Positions 23,601 to 37,400 of a DNA stretch of 64,000 nucleotides are shown here, piece by piece. The first letter of the stretch is position 1; the number at the start of each line of letters is the position of its first letter. The stretch is from Eledone cirrhosa (Eukaryota): assembly GCA_964016885.1 (NCBI GenBank), contig OZ024745.1, positions 61,070,001-61,134,000 on the forward strand. The letters run 5' to 3'. A program made the position numbers and the translations under genes. The notes below the pieces were generated by a model. That model was not told the DNA's origin. It saw only the letters and a program-made list of their open reading frames with translations, and searched no databases.

Positions 23601-25500
23601 CTAGGACAGTTCTCAGATCACCTAGGTAACTGATTGTATGGCTAGGACAGTTCTCCTCAGATCACCTAGGTAACTGTGGTTGTATGGCTAGGACAGTTCT
23701 CCTCAGATCACCTAGGTAACTGTGGTTGTATGACTAGGACAGTTCTCCCCAGATCATCTAGGTAACTGTGGTTGTATGGCTAGGACAGTTCTCCCCAGAT
23801 CACCTAGGTAACTGTGGTTGTATGGCTAGGACAGTTCTCCCCAGATCACCTAGGTAACTGTGGTTGTATGACTAGGACAGTTCTCCCCAGATCACCTAGG
23901 TAACTGTGGTTGTATGGCTAGGACAGTTCTCCTCAGATCACCTAGGTAACTGTGGTTGTATTGCTAGGACAGTTCTCCTCTGATCACCTAGGTAACTGTG
24001 GTTGTATGGCTAGGACAGTTCTCCTCAGATCACCTAGGTAACTGTGGTTGTATTGCTAGGACAGTTCTCAGATCACCTAGGTAACTGATTGTATGGCTAG
24101 GACAGTTCTCAGATCACCTAGGTAACTGTGGTTGTATTGCTAGGACAGTTCTCCTCAGATCACCTAGGTAACTGTGGTGGTATGGCGAGGACAGTTCTCC
24201 TCAGATCACCTAGGTAACTGTGGTGGTATGGCTAGGACAGTTCTCCTCAGATCACCTAGGTAATTGTGGTTGTATGGCTAGGACAGTTCTCCTCTGATCA
24301 CCTAGGTAACTGTGGTGGTATGGCTAGGACAGTTCTCCTCTGATCACCTAGGTAACTGTGGTTGTATGGCTAGGACAGTTCTCCTCAGATCACCTAGGTA
24401 ACTTTGGTTGTATGGCTAGGACAGTTCTCCTCAGATCACCTAGGTACCTGTGGTTGTATGGCTAGGACAGTTCTCCTCAGATCACCTAGGTAACTGTGGT
24501 TGTATGGCTAGGACAGTTCTCCTCAGATCACCTAGGTAACTGTGGTTGTATGACTAGGACAGTTCTCCCCAGATCATCTAGGTAACTGTGGTTGTATGGC
24601 TAGGACAGTTCTCCCCAGATCACCTAGGTAACTGTGGTTGTATGGCTAGGACAGTTCTCCCCAGATCACCTAGGTAACTGTGGTTGTATGACTAGGACAG
24701 TTCTCCCCAGATCACCTAGGTAACTGTGGTTGTATGGCTAGGACAGTTCTCCCCAGATCACCTAGGTAACTGTGGTTGTATTGCTAGGACAGTTCTCCTC
24801 TGATCACCTAGGTAACTGTGGTTGTATGGCTAGGACAGTTCTCCTCAGATCACCTAGGTAACTGTGGTTGTATTGCTAGGACAGTTCTCCTCTGATCACC
24901 TAGGTAACTGTGGTTGTATGGCTAGGACAGTTCTCCTCAGATCACCTAGGTAACTGTGGTTGTATTGCTAGGACAGTTCTCAGATCACCTAGGTAATTGA
25001 TTGTATGGCTAGGACAGTTCTCAGATCACCTAGGTAACTGATTGTATGGCTAGGACAGTTCTCCTCAGATCACCTAGGTAACTGTGGTGGTATGGCTAGG
25101 ACAGTTCTCCTCAGATCACCTAGGTAACTGTGGTTGTATTGCTAGGACAGTTCTCCCCAGATCACCTAGGTAACTGATTGTATGGCTAGGACAGTTCTCC
25201 CCCTGATCACCTAGGTAACTGTGGTGGTATGGCTAGGACAGTTCTCCTCAGATCACCTAGGTAACTGTGGTTGTATGGCTAGGACAGTTCTCCTCAGATC
25301 ACCTAGGTAACTGTGGTTGTAATGCTAGGACAGTTCTCCTCTGATCACCTAGGTAACTGTCGTTGTATGACGAGGACAGTTATCCCCAGATCACTTATGT
25401 AACGGTGGTCGTATGGCTAGGACAGTTCTCCTCTGATCACCTAGGTAACTGTGGTGGTATGGCTAGGACAGTTCTCCTCTGATCACCTAGGTAACGGTGG
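16200..25500. repeat. Segmental duplication within the array, offset 5215 bp (~16200-20280 vs ~21420-25500)
   Basis: Constant offset 5215 for cagattatct 16521/21736, ccgagg 16758/21973, ctttgatc 17761/22976, cctacg 17816/23031, attggtagg 18341/23556 and the +1 insertion tctccccctg 19981/25196. Confidence 0.88.
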
Positions 25501-28500
25501 TTGTATGGCTAGGACAGTTCTCCTCTGCTCACCTGTGTAACTGTGGTTGTATGACTAGCACAGTTCTCCTCTGATCACCTAGGTAACTGTGGTTGTATGG
25601 CTAGGACAGTTCTCCTCAGATCACCTTGGTAACTGTGGTTGTATGAATAGGACAGTTCACCTCTGATCACCTAGGTAACTGTGGTTGTATGGCTAGGACA
25701 GTTCTCCTCAGATCACCTAGGTAACTGTGGTGGTATGGCTAGGACAGTTCTCCTCAGATCACCTAGGTAACTGTGGTTGTATGACTAGGACAGTTCTCCT
25801 CTGATCACCTAGGTAACTGTGGTTGTATGGCTAGGACAGTTCTCCTCAGATCACCTAGGTAACTGTGGTTGTATTGCTAGGACAGTTCTCCTCTGATCAC
25901 CTAGGTAACTGTGGTTGTATGGCTAGGACAGTTCTCCTCAGATCACCTAGGTAACTGTGGTTGTATTGCTAGGACAGTTCTCCCCAGATCACCTAGGTAA
26001 CTGATTGTATGGCTAGGACAGTTCTCCCCTGATCACCTAGGTAACTGTGGTTGTATGGCTAGGACAGTTCTCCTCTGATCACCTAGGTAACTGTGGTTGT
26101 ATGATGAGGACAGTTCTCCCCAGATCACTTATGTAATGGTGGTCGTATGGCTAGGACAGTTCTCCTCTGATCACCTAGGTAACTGTGGTGGTATGGCTAG
26201 GACAGTTCTCCTCTGATCACCTAGGTAACGGTGGTTGTATGGCTAGAACAGTTCTCCTTGCTCACCTGTGTAACTGTGGTTGTATGACTAGGACAGTTCT
26301 CCTCTGATCACCTAGGTAACTGTGGTTGTATGGCTAGGACAGTTCTCCTCAGATCACCTTGGTAACTGTGGTTGTATGAATAGGACAGTTCACCTCTGAT
26401 CACCTAGGTAACTGTGGTTGTATGGCTAGGACAGTTCTCCTCAGATCACCTAGGTAACTGGTTGTATGGCTAGGACAGTTCTCCTCAGATCACCTAGGTA
26501 ACTGTGGTTGTATGACTAGGACAGTTCTCCTCTGATCACCTAGGTAACTGTGGTTGTATGGCTAGGATAGTTCTCCTCAGATCACCTAGGTAACTGTGGT
26601 TGTATGACTAGGACAGTTCTCCTCTGATCACCTAGGTAACTGTGGTTGTATGGCTAGGACAATTCTCCTCAGATCACCTAGGTAACTGTGGTTGTATTGC
26701 TATGACAGTTCTCCTCTGATCACCTAGGTAACTGTGGTTGTATGTCTAGGACAGTTCTCCTCTGATCACCTAGGTAACTGTGGTTGTATGGCTAGGACAG
26801 TTCTCCTCAGATCACCTAGGTAACTGTGGTGGTATGGTTAGGACAGTTCTCCTCAGATCACCTAGGTAACTGTGGTGGTATGGCTAGGACAGTTCTCCTC
26901 AGATCACCTAGGTAACTGTGCTTGTATGGCTAGGACAGTACTCCTCAGATCACCTAGGTAACTGTGGTGGTATGGCTAGGACAGTTCTCCTCAGATCACC
27001 TAGGTAACTGTGGTTGTATGGCTAGGAGAGTTCTCCTCAGATTATCTAGGTAACTGTGGTTGTATGGCTAGGACAGTTCTCCTCAGATCACCTAGGTAAC
27101 TGTGGTTGTATTGCTAGGACAGTTCTCCTCTGATCACCTAGGTAACTGTGGTTGTATGGCTAGGACAGTTCTCCTCAGATCACCTAGGTAACTGTGGTTG
27201 TATTGCTAGGACAGTTCTCAGATCACCTAGGTAACTGATTGTATGGCTAGGACAGTTCTCAGATCACCTAGGTAACTGATTGTATGGCTAGGACAGTTCT
27301 CCTCAGATCACCTAGGTAACTGTGGTGGTATGGCTAGGACAGTTCTCCACAGATCACCTAGGTAACTGTGGTTGTATTGCTAGGACAGTTCTCCCCAGAT
27401 CACCTAGATAACTGATTGTATGGCTAGGACAGTTCTCCCCTGATCACCTAGGTAACTGTGGTGGTATGGCTAGGACAGTTCTCCTCAGATCACCTAGGTA
27501 ACTGTGGTTGTATGGCTAGGACAGTTCTCCTCAGATCACCTAGGTAACTGTGGTTGTAATGCTGGGACAGTTCTCCTCTGATCACCTAGGTAACTGTGGT
27601 TGTATGACGAGGACAGTTATCCCCAGATCACTTATGTAACGGTGGTCGTATGGCTAGGACAGTTCTCCTCTGATCACCTAGGTAACTGTGGTGGTATGGC
27701 TAGGACAGTTCTCCTCTGATCACCTAGGTAACGGTGGTTGTATGGCTAGGACAGTTCTCCTCTGCTCACCTGTGTAACTGTGGTTGTATGACTAGGACAG
27801 TTCTCCTCTGATCACCTAGGTAACTGTGGTTGTATGGCTAGGACAGTTCTCCTCAGATCACCTTGGTAACTGTGGTTGTATGAATAGGACAGTTCACCTC
27901 TGATCACCTAGGTAACTGTGGTTGTATGGCTAGGACAGTTCTCCTCAGATCACCTAGGTAACTGTGGTGGTATGGCTAGGACAGTTCTCCTCAGATCACC
28001 TAGGTAACTGTGGTTGTATGACTCGGACAGTTCTCCTCTGATCACCTAGGTAACTGTGGTTGTATGGCTAGGACAGTTCTCCTCAGATCACCTAGGTAAC
28101 TGTGGTTGTATTGCTAGGACAGTTCTCCTCTGATCACCTAGGTAACTGTGGTTGTATGGCTAGGACAGTTCTCCTCAGATCACCTAGGTAACTGTGGTTG
28201 TATTGCTAGGACAGTTCTCCCCAGATCACCTAGGTAACTGATTGTATGGCTAGGACAGTTCTCCCCTGATCACCTAGGTAACTGTGGTTGTATGGCTAGG
28301 ACAGTTCTCCTCAGATCACCTAGGTAACTGTGGTTGTATGGCTAGGACAGTTCTCCTCAGATCACCTAGGTAACTGTGGTTGTATGGCTAGGACAGTTCT
28401 CCTCTGATCACCTAGGTAACTGTGGTTGTATGATGAGGACAGTTCTCCCCAGATCACTTATGTAATGGTGGTCGTATGGCTAGGACAGTTCTCCTCTGAT

Positions 28501-30599
28501 CACCTAGGTAACTGTGGTGGTATGGCTAGGACAGTTCTCCTCTGATCACCTAGGTAACGGTGGTTGTATGGCTAGAACAGTTCTCCTCTGCTCACCTGTG
28601 TAACTGTGGTTGTATGGCTAGGACAGTTCTCCTCAGATCACCTAGGTAACTGGTTGTATGGCCAGGACAGTTCTCCTCAGATCACCTAGGTAACTGTGGT
28701 TGTATGACTAGGACAGTTCTCCTCTGATCACCTAGGTAACTGTGGTTGTATGGCTAGGATAGTTCTCCTCAGATCACCTAGGTAACTGTGGTTGTATGAC
28801 TAGGACAGTTCTCCTCTGATCACCTAAGTAACTGTGGTTGTATGGCTAGGACAGTTCTCCTCAGATCACCTAGGTAACTGTGGTTGTATGGCTAGGACAG
28901 TTCTCCTCAGATCACCTAGGTAACTGTGGTTGTATGACTAGGACAGTTCTCCTCAGATCACCTAGGTAACTGTGGTTGTATGGCTAGGACAGTTCTCCTC
29001 AGATCACCGAGGTAACTGTGGTTGTATGGCTAGGACAGTTCTCCTCTGACCACCTTGGTAACTGTGGTTGTATGGCTAGGACAGTTCTCCTCTGATCACC
29101 TAGGTAACTGTGGTTGTATGGCTAGGACAGTTCTCCTCAGATCACCTAGTTAACTGTGGTTGTATGGCTAGGACAGTCCTCCTCAGATCACCTAGGTAAC
29201 TGTGGTTGTATGGCTAGGACAGTTCTCCTGTGATCACCTAGGTAACTGTGGTTGTATGGCTAGGACAGTTCTCCTCTGATCACCTAGGTAACTGTGGTTG
29301 TATGGCTAGGACAGTACTCCTCAGATCACCTAGGTAACTGTGGTTGTATGGCTAGGACAGTTCTCCTCAGATCACCTAGGTAACTGTGGTTGTATTGCTA
29401 GGACAGTTCTCCTCTGATCACCTAGGTAACTGTGGTTGTATGGCTAGGACAGTTCTCCTCAGATCACCTAGGTAAATGTGGTGGTATGGCTAGGACAGTT
29501 CTCCTCAGATCACCTAGGTAACTGTGGTGGTATGGCTCGGACAGTTCTCCTCAGATCACCTAGGTAACTGTGGTGGTATGGCTAGGACAGTTCTCCTCAG
29601 ATCACCTAGGTAACTGTGGTTGTATGGCTAGGACAGTTCTCCTCTGATCACCTAGGTAACTGTGGTTGTATGGCTAGGACAGTTCTCCTCAGATCATCTA
29701 GGTAACTGTGGTTGTATGGCTAGGACAGTTCTCCTCAGATCATCTAGGTAACTGTGGTTGTATGGGTAGGACAGTTCTCCTCTGATCACCTAGGTAACTG
29801 TAGTTGTACTGCTAGGACAGTTCTCCTCAGATCACCTAGGTAACTGTGGTGGTATGGCGAGGACAGTTCTCCTCAGATCACCTAGGTAACTGTGGTGGTA
29901 TGGCTAGGACAGTTCTCCTCAGATCACCTAGGTAATTGTGGTTGTATGGCTAGGACAGTTCTCCTCTGATCACCTAGGTAACTGTGGTGGTATGGCTAGG
30001 ACAGTTCTCCTCTGATCACCTAGGTAACTGTGGTTGTATGGCTAGGACAGTTCTCCTCAGATCACCTAGGTAACTTTGGTTGTATGGCTAGGACAGTTCT
30101 CCCCAGATCACCTAGGTAACTGTGGTTGTATGACTAGGACAGTTCTCCCCAGATCACCTAGGTAACTGTGGTTGTATGGCTAGGACAGTTCTCCTCTGAT
30201 CACCTAGGTAACTGTGGTGGTATGGCTAGGACAGTTCTCCTCTGATCACCTAGGTAACTGTGGTTGTATTGCTAGGACAGTTCTCAGATCACCTAGGTAA
30301 CTGATTGTATGGCTAGGACAGTTCTCCTCAGATCACCTAGGTAACTGTGGTTGTATGGCTAGGACAGTTCTCCTCAGATCACCTAGGTAACTGTGGTTGT
30401 ATGGCTAGGACAGTTCTCCCCAGATCACCTAGGTAACTGTGGTTGTATGACTAGGACAGTTCTCCCCAGATCACCTAGGTAACTGTGGTTGTATGGCTAG
30501 GACAGTTCTCCCCAGATCACCTAGGTAACTGTGGTTGTATGACTAGGACAGTTCTCCCCAGATCACCTAGGTAACTGTGGTTGTATGGCTAGGACAGTT

Positions 30600-33500
30600 C
30601 TCCTCAGATCACCTAGGTAACTGTGGTTGTATTGCTAGGACAGTTCTCCTCTGATCACCTAGGTAACTGTGGTTGTATGGCTAGGACAGTTCTCCTCAGA
30701 TCACCTAGGTAACTGTGGTTGTATTGCTAGGACAGTTCTCAGATCACCTAGGTAACTGATTGTATGGCTAGGACAGTTCTCCTCAGATCACCTAGGTAAC
30801 TGTGGTTGTATGGCTAGGACAGTTCTCCTCAGATCACCTAGGTAACTGTGGTTGTATGACTAGGACAGTTCTCCCCAGATCATCTAGGTAACTGTGGTTG
30901 TATGGCTAGGACAGTTCTCCCCAGATCACCTAGGTAACTGTGGTTGTATGGCTAGGACAGTTCTCCCCAGATCACCTAGGTAACTGTGGTTGTATGACTA
31001 GGACAGTTCTCCCCAGATCACCTAGGTAACTGTGGTTGTATGGCTAGGACAGTTCTCCTCAGATCACCTAGGTAACTGTGGTTGTATTGCTAGGACAGTT
31101 CTCCTCTGATCACCTAGGTAACTGTGGTAGTATGGCTAGGACAGTTCTCCTCAGATCACCTAGGTAACTGTGGTTGTATTGCTAGGACAGTTCTCAGATC
31201 ACCTAGGTAACTGATTGTATGGCTAGCACAGTTCTCAGATCACCTAGGTAACTGTGGTTGTATTGCTAGGACAGTTCTCCTCAGATCACGTAGGTAACTG
31301 TGGTGGTATGGCGAGGACAGTTCTCCTCAGATCACCTAGGTAACTGTGGTGGTATGGCTAGGACAGTTCTCCTCAGATCACCTAGGTAATTGTGGTTGTA
31401 TGGCTAGGACAGTTCTCCTCTGATCACCTAGGTAACTGTGGTGGTATGGCTAGGACAGTTCTCCTCTGATCACCTAGGTAACTGTGGTTGTATGGCTAGG
31501 ACAGTTCTCCTCAGATCACCTAGGTAACTTTGGTTGTATGGCTAGGACAGTTCTCCTCAGATCACCTAGGTACCTGTGGTTGTATGGCTAGCACAGTTCT
31601 CCTCAGATCACCTAGGTAACTGTGGTTGTATGGCTAGGACAGTTCTCCTCAGATCACCTAGGTAACTGTGGTTGTATGACTAGGACAGTTCTCCCCAGAT
31701 CATCTAGGTAACTGTGGTTGTATGGCTAGGACAGTTCTCCCCAGATCACCTAGGTAACTGTGGTTGTATGGCTAGGACAGTTCTCCCCAGATCACCTAGG
31801 TAACTGTGGTTGTATGACTAAGACAGTTCTCCCCAGATCACCTAGGTAACTGTGGTTGTATGGCTAGGACAGTTCTCCCCAGATCACCTAGGTAACTGTG
31901 GTTGTATTGCTAGGACAGTTCTCCTCTGATCACCTAGGTAACTGTGGTTGTATGGCTAGGACAGTTCTCCTCAGATCACCTAGGTAACTGTGGTTGTATT
32001 GCTAGGACAGTTCTCCTCTGATCACCTAGGTAACTGTGGTTGTATGGCTAGGACAGTTCTCCTCAGATCACCTAGGTAACTGTGGTTGTATTGCTAGGAC
32101 AGTTCTCAGATCACCTAGGTAACTGATTGTATGGCTAGGACAGTTCTCAGATCACCTAGGTAACTGATTGTATGGTTAGGACAGTTCTCCTCAGATCATC
32201 TAGGTAACTGTGGTGGTATGGCTAGGACAGTTCTCCTCTGATCACCTAGGTAACTGTGGTTGTATGGCTAGGACAGTTCTCCTCAGATCACCTAGGTAAC
32301 TTTGGTTGTATGGCTAGGACAGTTCTCCTCAGATCACCTAGGTACCTGTGGTTGTATGGCTAGGACAGTTCTCCTCAGATCACCTAGGTAACTGTGGTTG
32401 TATGGCTAGGACAGTTCTCCTCAGATCACCTAGGTAACTGTGGTTGTATGACTAGGACAGTTCTCCCCAGATCATCTAGGTAACTGTGGTTGTATGGCTA
32501 GGACAGTTCTCCCCAGATCACCTAGGTAACTGTGGTTGTATGGCTAGGACAGTTCTCCCCAGATCACCTAGGTAACTGTGGTTGTATGACTAGGACAGTT
32601 CTCCCCAGATCACCTAGGTAACTGTGGTTGTATGGCTAGGACAGTTCTCCCCAGATCACCTAGGTAACTGTGGTTGTATGACTAGGACAGTTCTCCCCAG
32701 ATCACCTAGGTAACTGTGGTTGTATGGCTAGGACAGTTCTCCTCAGATCACCTAGGTAACTGTGGTTGTATTGCTAGGACAGTTCTCCTCTGATCACCTA
32801 GGTAACTGTGGTTGTATGGCTAGGACAGTTCTCCTCAGATCACCTAGGTAACTGTGGTTGTATTGCTAGGACAGTTCTCAGATCACCTAGGTAACTGATT
32901 GTATGGCTAGGACAGTTCTCCTCAGATCACCTTGGTAACTGTGGTTGTATGGCTAGGACAGTTCTCCTCAGATCACCTAGGTAACTGTGGTTGTATGACT
33001 AGGACAGTTCTCCCCAGATCATCTAGGTAACTGTGGTTGTATGGCTAGGACAGTTCTCCCCAGATCACCTAGGTAACTGTGGTTGTATGGCTAGGACAGT
33101 TCTCCCCAGATCACCTAGGTAACTGTGGTTGTATGACTAGGACAGTTCTCCCCAGATCACCTAGGTAACTGTGGTTGTATGGCTAGGACAGTTCTCCTCA
33201 GATCACCTAGGTAACTGTGGTTGTATTGCTAGGACAGTTCTCCTCTGATCACCTAGGTAACTGTGGTAGTATGGCTAGGACAGTTCTCCTCAGATCACCT
33301 AGGTAACTGTGGTTGTATTGCTAGGATAGTTCTCCTCAGATCACCTAGGTAACTGTGGTTGTATGACTAGGACAGTTCTCCTCTGATCACCTAGGTAACT
33401 GTGGTTGTATGGCTAGGACAGTTCTCCTCAGATCACCTAGGTAACTGTGGTTGTATTGCTATGACAGTTCTCCTCTGATCACCTAGGTAACTGTGGTGGT

Positions 33501-34360
33501 ATGGCTAGGACAGTTCTCCTCAGATCACCTAGGTAATTGTGGTTGTATGGCTAGGACAGTTCTCCTCTGATCACCTAGGTAACTGTGGTGGTATGGCTAG
33601 GACAGTTCTCCTCTGATCACCTAGGTAACTGTGGTTGTATGGCTAGGACAGTTCTCCTCAGATCACCTAGGTAACTTTGGTTGTATGGCTAGGACAGTTC
33701 TCCTCAGATCACCTAGGTACCTGTGGTTGTATGGCTAGGACAGTTCTCCTCAGATCACCTAGGTAACTGTGGTTGTATGGCTAGGACAGTTCTCCTCAGA
33801 TCACCTAGGTAACTGTGGTTGTATGACTAGGACAGTTCTCCCCAGATCATCTAGGTAACTGTGGTTGTATGGCTAGGACAGTTCTCCCCAGATCACCTAG
33901 GTAACTGTGGTTGTATGGCTAGGACAGTTCTCCCCAGATCACCTAGGTAACTGTGGTTGTATGACTAAGACAGTTCTCCCCAGATCACCTAGGTAACTGT
34001 GGTTGTATGGCTAGGACAGTTCTCCCCAGATCACCTAGGTAACTGTGGTTGTATTGCTAGGACAGTTCTCCTCTGATCACCTAGGTAACTGTGGTTGTAT
34101 GGCTAGGACAGTTCTCCTCAGATCACCTAGGTAACTGTGGTTGTATTGCTAGGACAGTTCTCCTCTGATCACCTAGGTAACTGTGGTTGTATGGCTAGGA
34201 CAGTTCTCCTCAGATCACCTAGGTAACTGTGGTTGTATTGCTAGGACAGTTCTCAGATCACCTAGGTAACTGATTGTATGGCTAGGACAGTTCTCAGATC
34301 ACCTAGGTAACTGATTGTATGGTTAGGACAGTTCTCCTCAGATCATCTAGGTAACTGTGG
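30600..34360. repeat. Local duplication of about 2.14 kb in a domain rich in TTCTCCCCAG monomers
   Basis: ctgtggtagt 31122/33261 (offset 2139) and atgactaaga 31814/33961 (offset 2147). The gattgtatggttagg...catctagg variant occurs near 32170 and 34315. Confidence 0.7.
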
Positions 34361-34499
34361 TGGTATGGCTAGGACAGTTCTCCTCAGATCACCTAGGTAA
34401 CTGTGGTTGTATTGCTAGGACAGTTCTCCCCAGATCACCTAGGTAACTGATTGTATGGCTAGGACAGTTCTCCCCTGATCACCTAGGTAACTGTGGTTG

Positions 34500-37400
34500 T
34501 ATGGCTAGGACAGTTCTCCTTAGATCACCTAGGTAACTGTGGTTGTATTGCTAGGACAGTTCTCCCCAGATCACCTAGGTAACTGATTGTATGGCTAGGA
34601 CAGTTCTCCCCTGATCACCTAGGTAACTGTGGTTGTACGGCTAGGACAGTTCTCCTCAGATCACCTAGGTAACTGTGGTTGTATGGCTAGGACAGTTCTC
34701 CTCAGATCACCTAGGTAACTGTGGTTGTATGGCTAGGACAGTTCTCCTCTGATCACCTAGGTAACTGTGGTTGTATGATGAGGACAGTTCTCCCCAGATC
34801 ACTTATGTAATGGTGGTCGTATGTCTAGGACAGTTCTCCTCTGATCACCTAGGTAACTGTGGTGGTATGGCTAGGACAGTTCTCCTCTGATCACCTAGGT
34901 AACGGTGGTTGTATGGCTAGAACAGTTCTCCTCTGCTCACCTGTGTAACTGTGGTTGTATGACTAGGACAGTTCTCCTCTGATCACCTAGGTAACTGTGG
35001 TTGTATGGCTAGGACAGTTCTCCTCAGATCACCTTGGTAACTGTGGTTGTATGAATAGGACAGTTCACCTCTGATCACCTAGGTAACTGTGGTTGTATGG
35101 CTAGGACAGTTCTCCTCAGATCACCTAGGTAACTGGTTGTATGGCTAGGACAGTTCTCCTCAGATCACCTAGGTAACTGTGGTTGTATGACTAGGACAGT
35201 TCTCCTCTGATCACCTAGGTAACTGTGGTTGTATGGCTAGTATAGTTCTCCTCAGATCACCTAGGTAACTGTGGTTGTATGACTAGGACAGTTCTCCTCT
35301 GATCACCTAGGTAACTGTGGTTGTATGGCTAGGACAGTTCTCCTCAGATCACCTAGGTAACTGTGGTTGTATTGCTATGACAGTTCTCCTCTGATCACCT
35401 AGGTAACTGTGGTTGTATGTCTAGGACAGTTCTCCTCTGATCACCTAGGTAACTGTGGTTGTATGGCTAGGACAGTTCTCCTCAGATCACCTAGGTAACT
35501 GTGGTGGTATGGTTAGGACAGTTCTCCTCAGATCACCTAGGTAACTGTGGTGGTATGGCTAGGACAGTTCTCCTCAGATCACCTAGGTAACTGTGCTTGT
35601 ATGGCTAGGACAGTACTCCTCAGATCACCTAGGTAACTGTGGTGGTATGGCTAGGACAGTTCTCCTCAGATCACCTAGGTAACTGTGCTTGTATGGCTAG
35701 GAGAGTTCTCCTCAGATTAGCTAGGTAACTGTGGTTGTATGGCTAGGACAGTTCTCCTCAGATCACCTAGGTAACTGTGGTTGTATTGCTAGGACAGTTC
35801 TCCTCTGATCACCTAGGTAACTGTGGTTGTATGGCTAGGACAGTTCTCCTCAGATCACCTAGGTAACTGTGGTTGTATTGCTAGGACAGTTCTCAGATCA
35901 CCTAGGTAACTGATTGTATGGCTAGGACAGTTCTCCTCAGATCACCTAGGTAACTGTGGTGGTATGGCTAGGACAGTTCTCCTCAGATCACCTAGGTAAC
36001 TGTGGTTGTATTGCTAGGACAGTTCTCCCCAGATCACCTAGGTAACTGATTGTATGGCTAGGACAGTTCTCCCCTGATCACCTAGGTAACTGTGGTGGTA
36101 TGGCTAGGACAGTTCTCCTCAGATCACCTAGGTAACTGTGGTTGTATGGCTAGGACAGTTCTCCTCAGATCACCTAGGTAACTGTGGTTGTAATGCTAGG
36201 ACAGTTCTCCTCTGATCACCTAGGTAACTGTGGTTGTATGACGAGGACAGTTATCCCCAGATCACTTATGTAACGGTGGTCGTATGGCTAGGACAGTTCT
36301 CCTCTGATCACCTAGGTAACTGTGGTGGTATGGCTAGGACAGTTCTCCTCTGATCACCTAGGTAACGGTGGTTGTATGGCTAGGACAGTTCTCCTCTGCT
36401 CACCTGTGTAACTGTGGTTGTATGACTAGGACAGTTCTCCTCTGATCACCTAGGTAACTGTGGTTGTATGGCTAGGACAGTTCTCCTCAGATCACCTTGG
36501 TAACTGTGGTTGTATGAATAGGCGAGTTCACCTCTGATCACCTAGGTAACTGTGGTTGTATGGCTAGGACAGTTCTCCTCAGATCACCTAGGTAACTGTG
36601 GTGGTATGGCTAGGACAGTTCTCCTCAGATCACCTAGGTAACTGTGGTTGTATGACTAGGAGAAGTTCTCCTCTGATCACCTAGGTAACTGTGGTTGTAT
36701 GGCTAGGACAGTTCTCCTCAGATCACCTAGGTAACTGTGGTTGTATTGCTAGGACAGTTCTCCTCTGATCACCTAGGTAACTGTGGTTGTATGGCTAGGA
36801 CAGTTCTCCTCAGATCACCTAGGTAACTGTGGTTGTATTGCTAGGACAGTTCTCCCCAGATCACCTAGGTAACTGATTGTATGGCTAGGACAGTTCTCCC
36901 CTGATCACCTAGGTAACTGTGGTTGTATGGCTAGGACAGTTCTCCTCAGATCACCTAGGTAACTGTGGTTGTATGGCTAGGACAGTTCTCCTCAGATCAC
37001 CTAGGTAACTGTGGTTGTATGGCTAGGACAGTTCTCCTCTGATCACCTAGGTAACTGTGGTTGTATGATGAGGACAGTTCTCCCCAGATCACTTATGTAA
37101 TGGTGGTCGTATGGCTAGGACAGTTCTCCTCTGATCACCTAGGTAACTGTGGTGGTATGGCTAGGACAGTTCTCCTCTGATCACCTAGGTAACGGTGGTT
37201 GTATGGCTAGAACAGTTCTCCTCTGCTCACCTGTGTAACTGTGGTCGTATGACTAGGACAGGTCTCCTCTGATCACCTAGGTAACTGTGGTTGTATGGCT
37301 AGGACAGTTCTCCTCAGATCACCTTGGTAACTGTGGTTGTATGAATAGGACAGTTCACCTCTGATCACCTAGGTAACTGTGGTTGTATGGCTAGGACAGT

